64,000 nucleotides of DNA from Zancudomyces culisetae HAW-14-8. Taxonomy: Eukaryota; Fungi; Kickxellomycota. The stretch spans positions 1,240,001 to 1,304,000 of the forward strand of contig JBNJNM010000015.1 in NCBI GenBank assembly GCA_052426225.1. The letters are read 5' to 3'. Below the pieces are notes generated by a model. It was not told the origin of the DNA. It searched no databases and saw only the letters and a program-made list of their open reading frames with translations. Of the stretch, positions 50,544 through 61,362 are shown piece after piece. Positions within the stretch are counted from its first letter, which is position 1. Every line of letters begins with the position of its first letter. The position numbers and the translations under genes were made by a program.

Positions 50544-51146
50544 ATCGTTCTTTGTGTTTTTATGTTTCTATCTTTTTTATTTTTACTATCTTGGTATTCA
50601 CTTTGTATTATTGACTATCTTTTACCTTGGTGTGTGTACCGAGTTGTGTTTATTATAATGACAAGTCCTAGTTATTTATTCGAAATTAATATGAATGTTG
50701 ATATTTAATAATCGCTAAATGGATTCAGAGTTGAAAAAAACAAGCCCTACATTATTACGATTATCCAATACCAGAAAGGGCTATCACGAATGTTCGTCCT
50801 GATGTAAAGCTCAGACCAGAGAACATCTTTATTTGCACACGGATATCAACCTCTCCCGACATCGCATCTGAAGCCATTCTTTCAATGCCAGCTATTTCTA
50901 TTGTAAATACTAATTATTAAATTGCTAGTTAGTTGAAACAACTGTGATTTAAAATATTTTGAGTCGGGCCTATGAAAACCGAGGGAGAATCGAACTCACA
51001 ATTTTCATCATCCAAAAAGTGTGACTATTTTATTATTCTCCAATTTTTACCTGTGAAGCTCTTACTTTGTTCTGCATTAGGTCAATCTATTAGGAACACT
51101 CAAACAAAGATCTCTGTATTTTAAAGTTATTTTTTCGATTCTAACA

Positions 51147-52484
51147 ATGCCTGAATTACCAGAGGTACATAGAGCATGTAAGATTTTCAGGAAAGAGGCT
51201 ACAGGGAAATACATAGTGAATGTGAATTCGGTATGTTCATTATATTTTTCTAAATATCATTCGTTTCATTTAGTTGTACAAGTGATCTAGTAAGTAAACT
51301 GTTGATGCTGTGGATTAGATTCCTGATAAGATAGTCTACAAAAACTGCACAAATCTTGAATTCGACGAAAAAATGTTGGGCAGAGTTGTGGAGCGTGTTG
51401 AGCGCTATGGAAAGTATTTTTATGTATCTTTCAAAGACACTGGACCGAAATTACTTTTACATCTGGGAATGACTGGTGATATTTTGGTAAGGATTAACAC
51501 TTGCTAATATTTGTCGTTTTTAGGGTCAAAGGTGAATTAGATAGTGGAACTAAATATTGTTTGTGAAAGCGCTCCTAATTTGGTTTACTGCTTATAAACT
51601 TAGATTGAAAATGGCGAACCTCATTTCTACAAAGCACCCAAAATAAAATATGGACAAAGCTGGCCACCAAAATATATGAAATTTGAGTTCTCGCTTTCCA
51701 ATTCGGAACACGGTAAACCTGAAACTCGTATTTCGTTCTGTGATGCGAGGAGGCTTGGTAGTATTTACTTAATATCTGGCGATCCTCGTACAACACATCC
51801 AATAATGAACCTTGGGTATGATCCATTGGTAAACCCACCGTCTGTAGACGAGTTTGTTCAGCTTGTTTACTCTAAAAACACACAGATTAAAGCGTTTCTT
51901 CTTGATCAACATAACATTGCAGGTATTGGAAACTGGATCGCTGATGGTAAGTTATCCTCCCTTTATTTTTCTTTGCCACTATTAAATTCCTGTATTAAGG
52001 TGGTGTGTCCAGATCGGCCTGTTTTTTCTTTTTTTTTGTATTTTTTCATTGGAACACCGTAAGATTTTATATACTTTTTCATACACACACTTAACATGAT
52101 CTTTAAATCCGCCAAATAAAAAAAATCGCAGAGGTATTATACCAGTCAAAAATACATCCCAAGAAATCCACTATGGAATTATCCGAGCCACAGATAAAAA
52201 CTCTGCTAAAAGTAATTTTCAAAGTGATCAAGTTTTCGGTATCAGTGGATTCAGACGACAGCTACTATCCTAAATCATGGCTGTTCCACTATAGATGGGA
52301 TAAGAGGATTAGTAAAAGCAAAAACGGCGCGCCAAAGGTTGAAGGAAATAGAGTTGAGTATATCAAGGTATGGTGCTACTTAAACCAGTTATTAAGATTT
52401 GCATTCTTTACCTAATGCAAAACCTGTAATGAATAGGTGGGAGGACGAACTACAGCTTTTGTGCCAAGCGTCCAAATACTCTAG
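51147..52484 (+). CDS. FPG: Formamidopyrimidine-DNA glycosylase, plant/fungal zinc-less Fpg type (5 exons, ~292 aa)
   Basis: Exons 51147-51230, 51319-51486, 51604-51946, 52132-52367, 52437-52484; catalytic MPELPEV, RYGKY, HLGMTG, DARRLG, LLDQ..IAGIGNWIADEVLY..KIHP (H2TH), WLFHYRW, VGGRTT; no Cys4 finger. Confidence 0.92.
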
Positions 52485-53456
52485 TGTATTATTGATTATC
52501 TTTTTTACCGCTTTTAACTGCAGTTGGAGTTTTGTTTACTCGGAAAGAATAAATATTAAGCGTAAATACAACTTGTTTTTATTGTTTTTATTCAAGTTAG
52601 TCTGTTATGAACAGAGTTGCTATTTGGAAAAAACAGTAGTGGAGCAAAATCGTAACACCATATCATGAGCCAATCCAAAGAATCATCCTATTGTTTATGG
52701 TATTATGATAGCTTACTATCACAAAGTTGTCCGCTGTTGGATTTATTTCCTCTGATATTTGTGGCCTCGATTTTTTTTTTCTCAATGGTTTGGGCTGGAA
52801 ATATAATTCTGATGCTAAATACTGTATCCACATCCAGACATAATCAATCCTCCGCAAAAACTGTACATACTCTGACATGTCTAGCAAGGCCTGTTTCCTG
52901 CCTTGGTAGTTATCGCTGTGCCATTAACTCAGCAGAGCTCTATTCAGCTTTATGGAAACTTATATGTGATTGGCTGCATTAACATTTTTCCTGAAACTAG
53001 TTCCTCCTATTTTTTCAGAAATTTATTGTTAATATTGCTTAGCCCTCCACATACTCTACAGAAGTTTAGGACTGAGAAGCTCACTTGCTGGTTTGCTGTG
53101 GTTTGTGTGAATTTGAGAATTTGCCAGCCTGCATGTGACCAAGCCCGAAATCGGAACTTTATGGCCTGAGTGCATGCTTTTATCCAATAGAATATCCGCA
53201 TTGTATGCTAATACAAAACATCGAGAAACTCGACTGCTATTTCAGCATTTTGAATACAATTATCGAGCTAGCCGCTATAATTTCAACTTTACTTTTCTTA
53301 ACTTTTTTTGCCATTTTTAATAGCTATTGTAGGTATATTATTGCACGAAAGAAATACGATATTGACAAAGTGCTTGGAGAAAAGAAGTTGTACCGATCTT
53401 CAACTTAAAAAAGTAAAAAAACCCACAACCCCTCCTCCTCAAAAAAAAATCAAAAA

Positions 53457-55646
53457 ATGTTGCAACGACTGTACAAATTAAAAGAGCCTACAAAGAATGG
53501 GATTGAACTTGCAGATCGGATGTTGGCAGATGTTCGAGACTTAGCAGGAAAAATTCGTAGTAGTAGAGAGGTCATTGTATCTATACATCCTGAATTGGCG
53601 TTTCTAATAAAGGATAACCCGGAACAGCTCAAGGTAATATCTTTGTATACTATTCCTCATTGTATAGCAATTCCAAATTACCCACATATATTTTAGACCA
53701 AGTAATAAACGAAAACTACAAATCTAATAGCTGGCAAAAATAAGCTTGAACATAGCGGTGGATACATTAGATAAGCAGCATTTTGCCCTTAAAGTATGTG
53801 TTTAAAGATACATATTTCAGTATATCTTTATTTCATCATTGTGTTTGCTATAGATATGCTATTCGTTACTGGAGTAGCTGAATTTATTTATTTTTTTAAA
53901 AAAACGTATTTTACTATATTAGACTGCGATACATGAGCAAGAGTCTGTGTTTTTTGAAATGGAAACAGTCTTAAACCTACTAAAAGATAGAAAAGTCGAT
54001 GAGTTTTTTTTAAAAAAAACCTCAAAAGACGACAAAAAAGACGAAACAGAACAAAAAAATGGCGATATATTTAATAAAACACCTTCCACAGATGGTAGTA
54101 GTGTCAGTAGCTCAAAATCTTTATATGATTACATCGATGATAAGGCACCTGGAGGGCTTATTCACTCGTTAAGCATACTGTCAAGCGAATTAAAAGTAAG
54201 GTCAAATAAATCACTATACTGTACACTCTGGCATTTGTGGTACTTATATTTGAAAAAATACTCACCTTTCTATTAATATAGAACCAAATAGAATTTATAG
54301 AAAGCACAAGAAAAAAGGTAGTGGCGGCACTGGAAAGAGTGGAAGGTAGCGAATCGTTCTTTATTTCGATAAGCGCTGAGGATATTGATAGAATGGAAAA
54401 AAGGATTGAAATAAACAACGGGTTCGTTTCGCAGATAGAAGAGGATCATGAATCTTTACATTGCCATGACAAACAGCTAAACGAGGTTATAAGGTACTTT
54501 TATTGAGATAAAATACTAGATACCATTTAACCAATAAATAACACCCTTACTGGTAAAAATTTACAAAATCCGTCTTTTTAAAAACTCAACAGACAACTTG
54601 AGAGAGAGAACCAGCAACTGAGCGAACAGGACTACCTAGGTAATACCAATATACAGCACTTGTATACCTTTTTTTATTAATAATTCTTATAGATGGATAA
54701 AATGTTGGTGGTTTCATGTACTATTTTTAACTAATATTTCAAACTATATCCGTAGACTTTGCAATGTTTTTATCTAAATTTTATTTTCTGTATGCCATTG
54801 AAAATAGTTTTATCACATGATACTCAAGAGATTGGACTGATAGTTGGCGAAATGCAAGACACTATGAGTTCGTTACGGACTGTAGCAGATGAATGTCATG
54901 TCCGCGCACAGCAATATAGCACATTTATTCAAGAATATAAAAACCAAGCCATTATGCTATCGGATGTTTTTGAGCTGATCAGCCTTTCGTTTCGTCAAAT
55001 TTCTCTTTCATATGTAAATATTTTCTCACCACATTTTTATCACATAAAGATTTACAATACCCGCTGGCATAAAAAAACACTAATATATCTATGTATTACT
55101 TTTAGAGCATTACACAGTCTCAGCTTTCAAGTTTTCATGCACTTACAAAAGAAATGTGGAATCTTACAGCATGGTAGTTAATCATATACATTTACACCTT
55201 AGAATTATATACTTATAATATTGCAAGTGTAACACCAAATATCTGTATTTATTTATTTTTGTAGGTACCAAGAATACTACTTGGCTTATTGCGACTTGGT
55301 ACTGGAGTTTCATAGAAGAAATCAAGTTCGTAAAACACAAAAAAAATGGCTGGAAAATGTTACACTAGAGCTGGACAAAATGTACAACGACGAGCTCAGC
55401 ATCCGACGGGACTTTGTAGAAAACCTTGGAAAGTATCTACCCGGAGATCTTTGTCCACAAGTACATGTAAGTCGCCTTTTTGGTAAAGCTTTTGTTGACT
55501 ACAATGGTTAGTAACATCTACCCATACACCCATTGAAATAGAATCTACCAGACCAATATGTCGTACACATTGTGCTGAATGATGATGACACTGCGCCAAC
55601 TGAAGAGGCGGTCCAGTTTGCCACAAACTCGCTAGCTGGTCACTAA
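53457..55646 (+). CDS. ATG17: Autophagy scaffold Atg17 (9 exons, ~450 aa)
   Basis: Exons 53457-53633, 53731-53793, 53923-54195, 54282-54493, 54593-54639, 54808-55013, 55106-55173, 55265-55466, 55542-55646 sum to an in-frame CDS; motifs SLYDYIDD, VLSHDTQE, AYCDLVLEFHRR, RRDF....GKYLPGDLCP. Confidence 0.78.
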
Positions 55647-55840
55647 CTTTGTCTTTTTTTTCAAATCTTTGTATTTTTATATTTGCTTTTTTTTTTTTGC
55701 TTGTCTATGGGTTTTTGCTAAAGCTAAATTTACTGACCAGTTTGCACACACAAATATATATTCATTATTTCTCAACTTCCCTCCTTATTGCTCTTTATTT
55801 TTTTTTTCACACTTAATCAGATTAAATGAGCAATATCTTC

Positions 55841-56401
55841 ATGGTTTTTAGCGTACCGTTTTTTTTTTTGCCTTTTTTTTTAAATTGTATTTTGAGGAGA
55901 TAGGGTGTCAATTATGGTCTGGGTAGGGTACCATGTACATCATCCAGGTTCGAATTCAAACCATTGAATCTCCTCTGTCATGAAATTTTTTTCTGAATAA
56001 TTGAAGTTGATGTATTTAGTCCAGCGTTTAAAGAGCTGGTAGCTCGATAAAATTTTATCTGGTAGGGCAGCTTCTGTGCATGCTCTGGAGATATTCCAAA
56101 TTGCTGTTGCCATATAAATTTTGGAATTTGTTATCAGTGTTTGATTTTGATGTAGTTAGAGTTTCATCCCAATTAAATCTAATTTTTTCCCAAACTTTAA
56201 TTTGTTTGTGTTTTTTTTTGTCAGATTCATAGAAAAAAACCGAAAGATCAAATTTCAATAAAATTTTATCCTACCACAGTTGAAGTAGGCTTGTTTGATA
56301 TCTTCAGTTGTATTACTTTTACAAATTTTGCAAAATGAGTCCTCAGTTTGATTTCCAAACCATTTCAATGCCACTGAAATAATGGTTTTAGCGTACCGTT
56401 T
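55841..56401 (+). repeat. Dispersed direct repeat ATGGTTTT(T)AGCGTACCGTTT at 55841-55861 and 56382-56401
   Basis: Two copies identical except for one T, ~540 bp apart, in the ATG17-ACY1 intergenic region. Confidence 0.85.
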
Positions 56402-56754
56402 AAAATTCCGTCTAAAATGGTGCAAATGTAATAAGTGAATGACGAAGGCTAATGTACGAAATCGCCAGCTATTTCAATTGGGTAAAAATTACTCTGACTT
56501 TTCACCAAATGACTTCATCTTGTAACATCTTTAAAACAAAAATGATATTTCTAACAAACCATTATCATTCTGTGAGGTAGTCACATTCATTTTCATTTTT
56601 ACAAATACAAGACTTGAAACAAGGGAAATCAGATAGTTTTAATTGTGTATATATACCTGTTATAAGACGTCTTGTTTGTTTATAACTCAGTATTCCATAT
56701 TTTTTGGTATTTAGTAGAATATATCCTGGATAAAACAGTAAAAGAAGAATTAAA

Positions 56755-58502
56755 ATGGAGCCAGAAAGCGTACAAAGATTTAGAAAGTACTTGCAAATCA
56801 AGACAGTACACCCAACACCTGACTATGAGAACTGCGCAAAGTTTCTTCTTGAACAAGCAGCCGAGATAGGCCTACAGGGACGCGTGCATGAGGTATTTGC
56901 TTATGTTTTGTTTATTTGCATTTATATTATTTTTTCAACATTTTGGCCTCCTTAGAAGAGACCACAAGTAGAAAGCACAATAAACAGTTTAAACAAAATA
57001 ACTTGGTATATCCACAATAGCTTGTAAAGGGAAAACCTATAGTTATTTTAACATGGGTAGGCTCAAACCCAGACCTCAAGTCTGTTATCCTTAACTCTCA
57101 CACTGACGTTGTTCCGATTTTCGAGGTAAATAACATCTATATATGAGTGCTCTTCTTTATCAGCATAGGGTGTTCCTTTATGCTAGTTCCGGTATATTTG
57201 ATTCTCACATTGTTTTTTTTTAGTATTTTCTACTGTTTGTTATGAGAGGCTGCTCCCAAAATATTGAAGATCCATATACACATTGTATGCATTTTAACAC
57301 CGTCTTCTTTGTATAACTCTTCAACACTATAGGAATTCTGGGATTATCCAGCTTTCGATGCAGTCAGAATTCCAACTGGTGATGGCGACTACAAAATTAT
57401 TGCTAGGGGTTCACAAGATATGAAGATAGTGGGAAGCTGGTAAGTGGAAGATATTGGTTTAACTTTATTTTTTCTTTTGCGTATTTTATCAAATGGTTAC
57501 GAGCTTATGGGCTTATAGAAATTTGATAACTCTGTTTAACTTTTTTTAACCAACGCCCAAAAACTCGTAGTTACTTGGAGGCAATAAGAAACCTTAAGAA
57601 TGCGGGAAAGCAGCCTCTTAGAACAATCCACTTGACATTTGTTCCAGACGAAGAGATAAACACTTCAGCCGGAATGCAATGCTATGTCCACACCGAAGAC
57701 TTTAAGAGTTTAAACCCAGCATTTGTCCTTGATGAAGGGATTGCCAATACTGGACCTGAGCTTTACGCATTCTACGGAGAACGTAAAATAAAGTAAGAAA
57801 TTATTATTGGTTATTTTTTCTTCGCCGAATGTACTAAAAGAGAGTTTAAATCACATCTGTAGCTCAGTAAGATTCACCTCACATGGTGATACAGGACACG
57901 GCAGTCAGTTTATCCAAAACACTGCAATTTCACGCATTATGAATATCAACAACGCACTCTTGGCGTTTAGAGATGAAGAAGAGAAGAAACTCATCAGTCA
58001 ATACGGCGGTAGCTCACAGAGCACACTTGGAAATGTGACAACAATTAATTTGAACGTGATCGGTGGTGGTGTACAACACAATGTTGTTCCAGAAAACTTT
58101 TCCTCTGTCTTTGATGTGAGAGTTAGTCCAAACACAGACATTCAAAAGCTTAATGCATGGTTCCAGCAATTGGCCGATGAAAACCACGCAGATCTCGAGT
58201 TTATTTCCAAAGAACCAGAGATTTGCTTGACCGATGTCAGTAAGAGCAACAAGTTTTGGTGTGCCCTTCTGGATGTTGCCAATAATAAAGGACTCAAAAT
58301 AATCGATGCCATATTCCCCGCTGCCACCGACTCGCGATTCATCAGAGGCGTGGGCGTACAAGCAATTGGTATTTCACCACTAAGAAATCTTCCAGTCCTG
58401 CTTCATGACCACAACGAGTATGTAACAGAATCATGCTTTTTGGAGGGTGTAGATTTCTATACTGACCTTGTTTTGGAATTAGCCAACGTGGAGGACCATT
58501 GA
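56755..58502 (+). CDS. ACY1: Aminoacylase-1 (M20A metallopeptidase; 5 exons, ~403 aa)
   Basis: Exons 56755-56892, 57021-57125, 57333-57439, 57571-57792, 57863-58502; FRKYLQIKTVHPTPDY, LNSHTDVVP, ARGSQDMK, PDEEI, LDEG, FPAATDSRF, LLHDHNE. Confidence 0.92.
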
Positions 58503-59458
58503 TTTATCTATTTTTTAATTACATTCCGTGGATATTCTGTACCCTTCTTGTGGGTACGGTGTTTTATTTTTCTTTTATTTTGATTTGTGCTTTACTTAAA
58601 CTCGGCGATTTTTGAAGGAATATTAATCTATGGAGAAAATAAATTTTCCTTATTTATATAGCCACGGAATATAAATAACTCGATATAGATTTGATAAATG
58701 AGTATCACCTGAAACCTGAATTTTCGTTATGAAACACTTTTTATATCAAGGGATTGATCTTTATTTACCAATAAAGATATCAGAATAGTGAGAAATTATT
58801 CAAACTGACAACAGGGTAATAATGGATATTTACATAACTGTGCTAATTCCATAAAAAAAACCAAATGGTTGTAATAAACACCTACTTTGATCGTTCTACC
58901 AACTGTCAGTCAGCCCGAGCGGAAATTTGTCTTGCAATGAAACAAAGAATGGTAGTACTTTCAAGCTTTTTCAAGTTTTTTCTCGCTTTTTCTCGTTTTT
59001 TTTTCGTTTTTTTCTCGTTTTTCCTTGATTTTTTTTTGTGGGGGGGGGGGGGGTAATACAGGAATGTATTCCAAGGTTTATCGAAATGTTAGTTATGATG
59101 AAGATTTTGAGTGCGATTATTGGTAGGCTTCCAGAAAAAGTAATTGTGTGTACCTCAAATGTTATAGTTTGCAAGTAGCTTTCCATTCGACCTTTTTGGG
59201 TATACTATCTAGATCCTTTATCTTTCTATAGAAGAAAAGTAGGGAGAAAAGCAATATATAGTGATGCGTGAATAACAAATATGGACACATGTAGAGTCAT
59301 ATTTCTTATTACTCTAGAACTTTCGGTTACAGCCTTTATTACACATTACTTAATTATTCACAACAAACTTTTGGAACTAAACACACCAACAACATTTCCG
59401 CCTTTTAATAGTATCAGCATCACCACCACCAGCACAAGCAATTGCTATAAAACTAAAT

Positions 59459-59653
59459 ATGCATTCTGTTTTAATGTTTATAACTATCGCCAGTTTGGTA
59501 GTGAATACACAGCGTTTTTGTGAAAATGGCCAAAGGCAGTGCAATGGTATATCTATAATTTTGACATGTGAGAACGGATCTTGGGTTTCAGATCACTGTT
59601 CGGATGATCAAGTTTGCAAGAAAAACTGGGTTGGATCCGTAGGATGCTATTAG
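59459..59653 (+). CDS. 64-aa secreted cysteine-rich peptide, CBM19 (chitin-binding)-like
   Basis: Hydrophobic signal-like N-terminus MHSVLMFITIASLVVNT, then C-x6-C-x8-C-x2-G-x-W-x4-C-x5-C-x9-C; codon composition stands out from AT-rich flanks. Confidence 0.65.
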   Translation: MHSVLMFITIASLVVNTQRFCENGQRQCNGISIILTCENGSWVSDHCSDDQVCKKNWVGSVGCY

Positions 59654-60165
59654 CTTATAATATAATATATTACCTTCGACGCCTCTATTTTTAGCGATTA
59701 ACCACGTAATATATAAACACTATTACCATTTGTAATGGGGATATGTCATCTATAACACCCTTTACTAATAAATGTAACGTTCTTTTTTCGCTAGTTGTTC
59801 AACAGTTACAATCACAATTTTTGTGTAATAGCTGAGCAATCTTGGGATGTAGTTAGAAAAAAAACCAATGCGTAGTTTACCAAGATATTCTTTTGGAATA
59901 ACCTCACTCGTTTTTAGTTCATTTCACTGGTTGCTATTTATATTACCAGAAAAAAAATACGTTAAAAAAATACCGAATGGTTGCTAATACCTGATGTTTG
60001 AATATCCGATGTATGGCTTGTAAGTCCAGCTTTAATGAAAAATATTGATATATAACCGAGTACCCCTAACATAAACTAGTCCAGAGACTCAAAAAACAAA
60101 AACAAAAACAAAAACAAAATAATAACAAAACATTGAATCCAAAAATATAAAATATAGAATGCCAA

Positions 60166-61362
60166 ATGAGTTTTGAAAAACAAATTAAGCGCAGTGGGTT
60201 CAAACGCATCCTTTCAAAAATAGCTGCATCTCCAGACAGGGGATCAATTAGAGAGAAATTCAGTATAGTGAGCGAAGTCGAAGAAGAAATAGCGAACACA
60301 TACGCACTTCAGGCGCAGTATAATCTACAAAACAATTGGTCTCAATCAGTATTTGCGCAAAGAAAAAACAGATATTATAATATATATCCATACGATTATA
60401 ACAGAGTGATACTGAATTCAACAACAAAACCCATTTGCACAGAAAAGATTCAAAAACGACGAAAAAAGTTTGAAGCAATATCGTGTATTCCACAAAATGA
60501 CCTGGATTTGGGCAATCCTGAACATGAACGCGATTCAATTGTTGCTGAGGAATATAAAAATAGCTATATAAATGCCAGCTGGATTATGGCACCCTCAGAA
60601 CTGCCCGGACATTCGTATATCGCTACACAAGGTCCGTTAAAGCACACCGCCGGGTGTTTTTGGCAGATGGTTTATGAACGTAAAGTGCAAAGAATAGTAA
60701 TGTTGACTAAATGCAATGAAAAAAAGATGGAAAAATGTTCAACCTACTGGCCCACTGAGGGAATCAGGTTTAATAACTTTACTGAAAATGGAGTTTGTGT
60801 AAGCTTTTTGTGTGAAAATATAATTTTGGATGGAAATGCAATTGAACGCAAGTTCGAAGTATTCCCGACTAACACACAACGGGGGGAACAAGAAGAGCTA
60901 TTGCACGGAGTACACATAGATGAACCTTCCGAGTTGTTGCATGATGGTCTTATAGTAACACAGTACTGTTTTATGGACTGGCCAGACAGTGGAATTCCAT
61001 CTTCATCCAAGTCTATTATAGATTTGATAAAGCATGTCCGCACTACTAACAGAGCTGGGGTGGAGTTGACTTCTTCTAGTACCACAGAAGATAATAATGT
61101 TAGTGGAAAGGCTCTGGAAAATACATCAAAAGGACCAACAATTGTACACTGTAGTGCAGGTGTGGGTAGGACCGGTACTTGGTGTGTCTTAGATAGCTGC
61201 ATTGAATATCTGGAAAAGTTCGGTGAATACGATGGCGATCTGATATTCGATCTGTTTTTATTTTATAGGCGACAACGTGTCCATATGGTACAAACAAGTT
61301 CTCAATTGTCTTTTATCTACAAGGCTTTACATTTTTATCTAGATTCTGAACGTTTGTTATAA
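60166..61362 (+). CDS. Classical non-receptor protein tyrosine phosphatase
   Basis: KNRY, YINAS, YIATQGP, FWQMV, KCSTYWP, WPD, VHCSAGVGRTG, QR..MVQT..Q motifs. Confidence 0.93.
   Translation: MSFEKQIKRSGFKRILSKIAASPDRGSIREKFSIVSEVEEEIANTYALQAQYNLQNNWSQSVFAQRKNRYYNIYPYDYNRVILNSTTKPICTEKIQKRRKKFEAISCIPQNDLDLGNPEHERDSIVAEEYKNSYINASWIMAPSELPGHSYIATQGPLKHTAGCFWQMVYERKVQRIVMLTKCNEKKMEKCSTYWPTEGIRFNNFTENGVCVSFLCENIILDGNAIERKFEVFPTNTQRGEQEELLHGVHIDEPSELLHDGLIVTQYCFMDWPDSGIPSSSKSIIDLIKHVRTTNRAGVELTSSSTTEDNNVSGKALENTSKGPTIVHCSAGVGRTGTWCVLDSCIEYLEKFGEYDGDLIFDLFLFYRRQRVHMVQTSSQLSFIYKALHFYLDSERLL

Noticed and set aside
18194-55646. Functional clustering (STU2+SPC25; MIP1+PLD6+Fpg; BRO1+ATG17)
   Set aside because: Genes are far apart and interspersed with unrelated housekeeping genes; no shared motif seen.
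55894-55975. tRNA-Sec-like words (TGGTCTGGG, TTCAAACC, GGTTCGAAT)
   Set aside because: Arm order and pairing do not form a tRNA-Sec cloverleaf, and no gene model here needs an in-frame TGA or shows a SECIS.
55869-55995. U5 snRNA (GCCTTTT and an Sm-like AATTTTTTTCTG)
   Set aside because: Loop I must be GCCTTTTAC within a stem; here it is part of a T-tract.
59281-59523. 80-aa ORF overlapping the CBM19-like gene
   Set aside because: No features; the overlapping frame has the signal peptide and Cys pattern.
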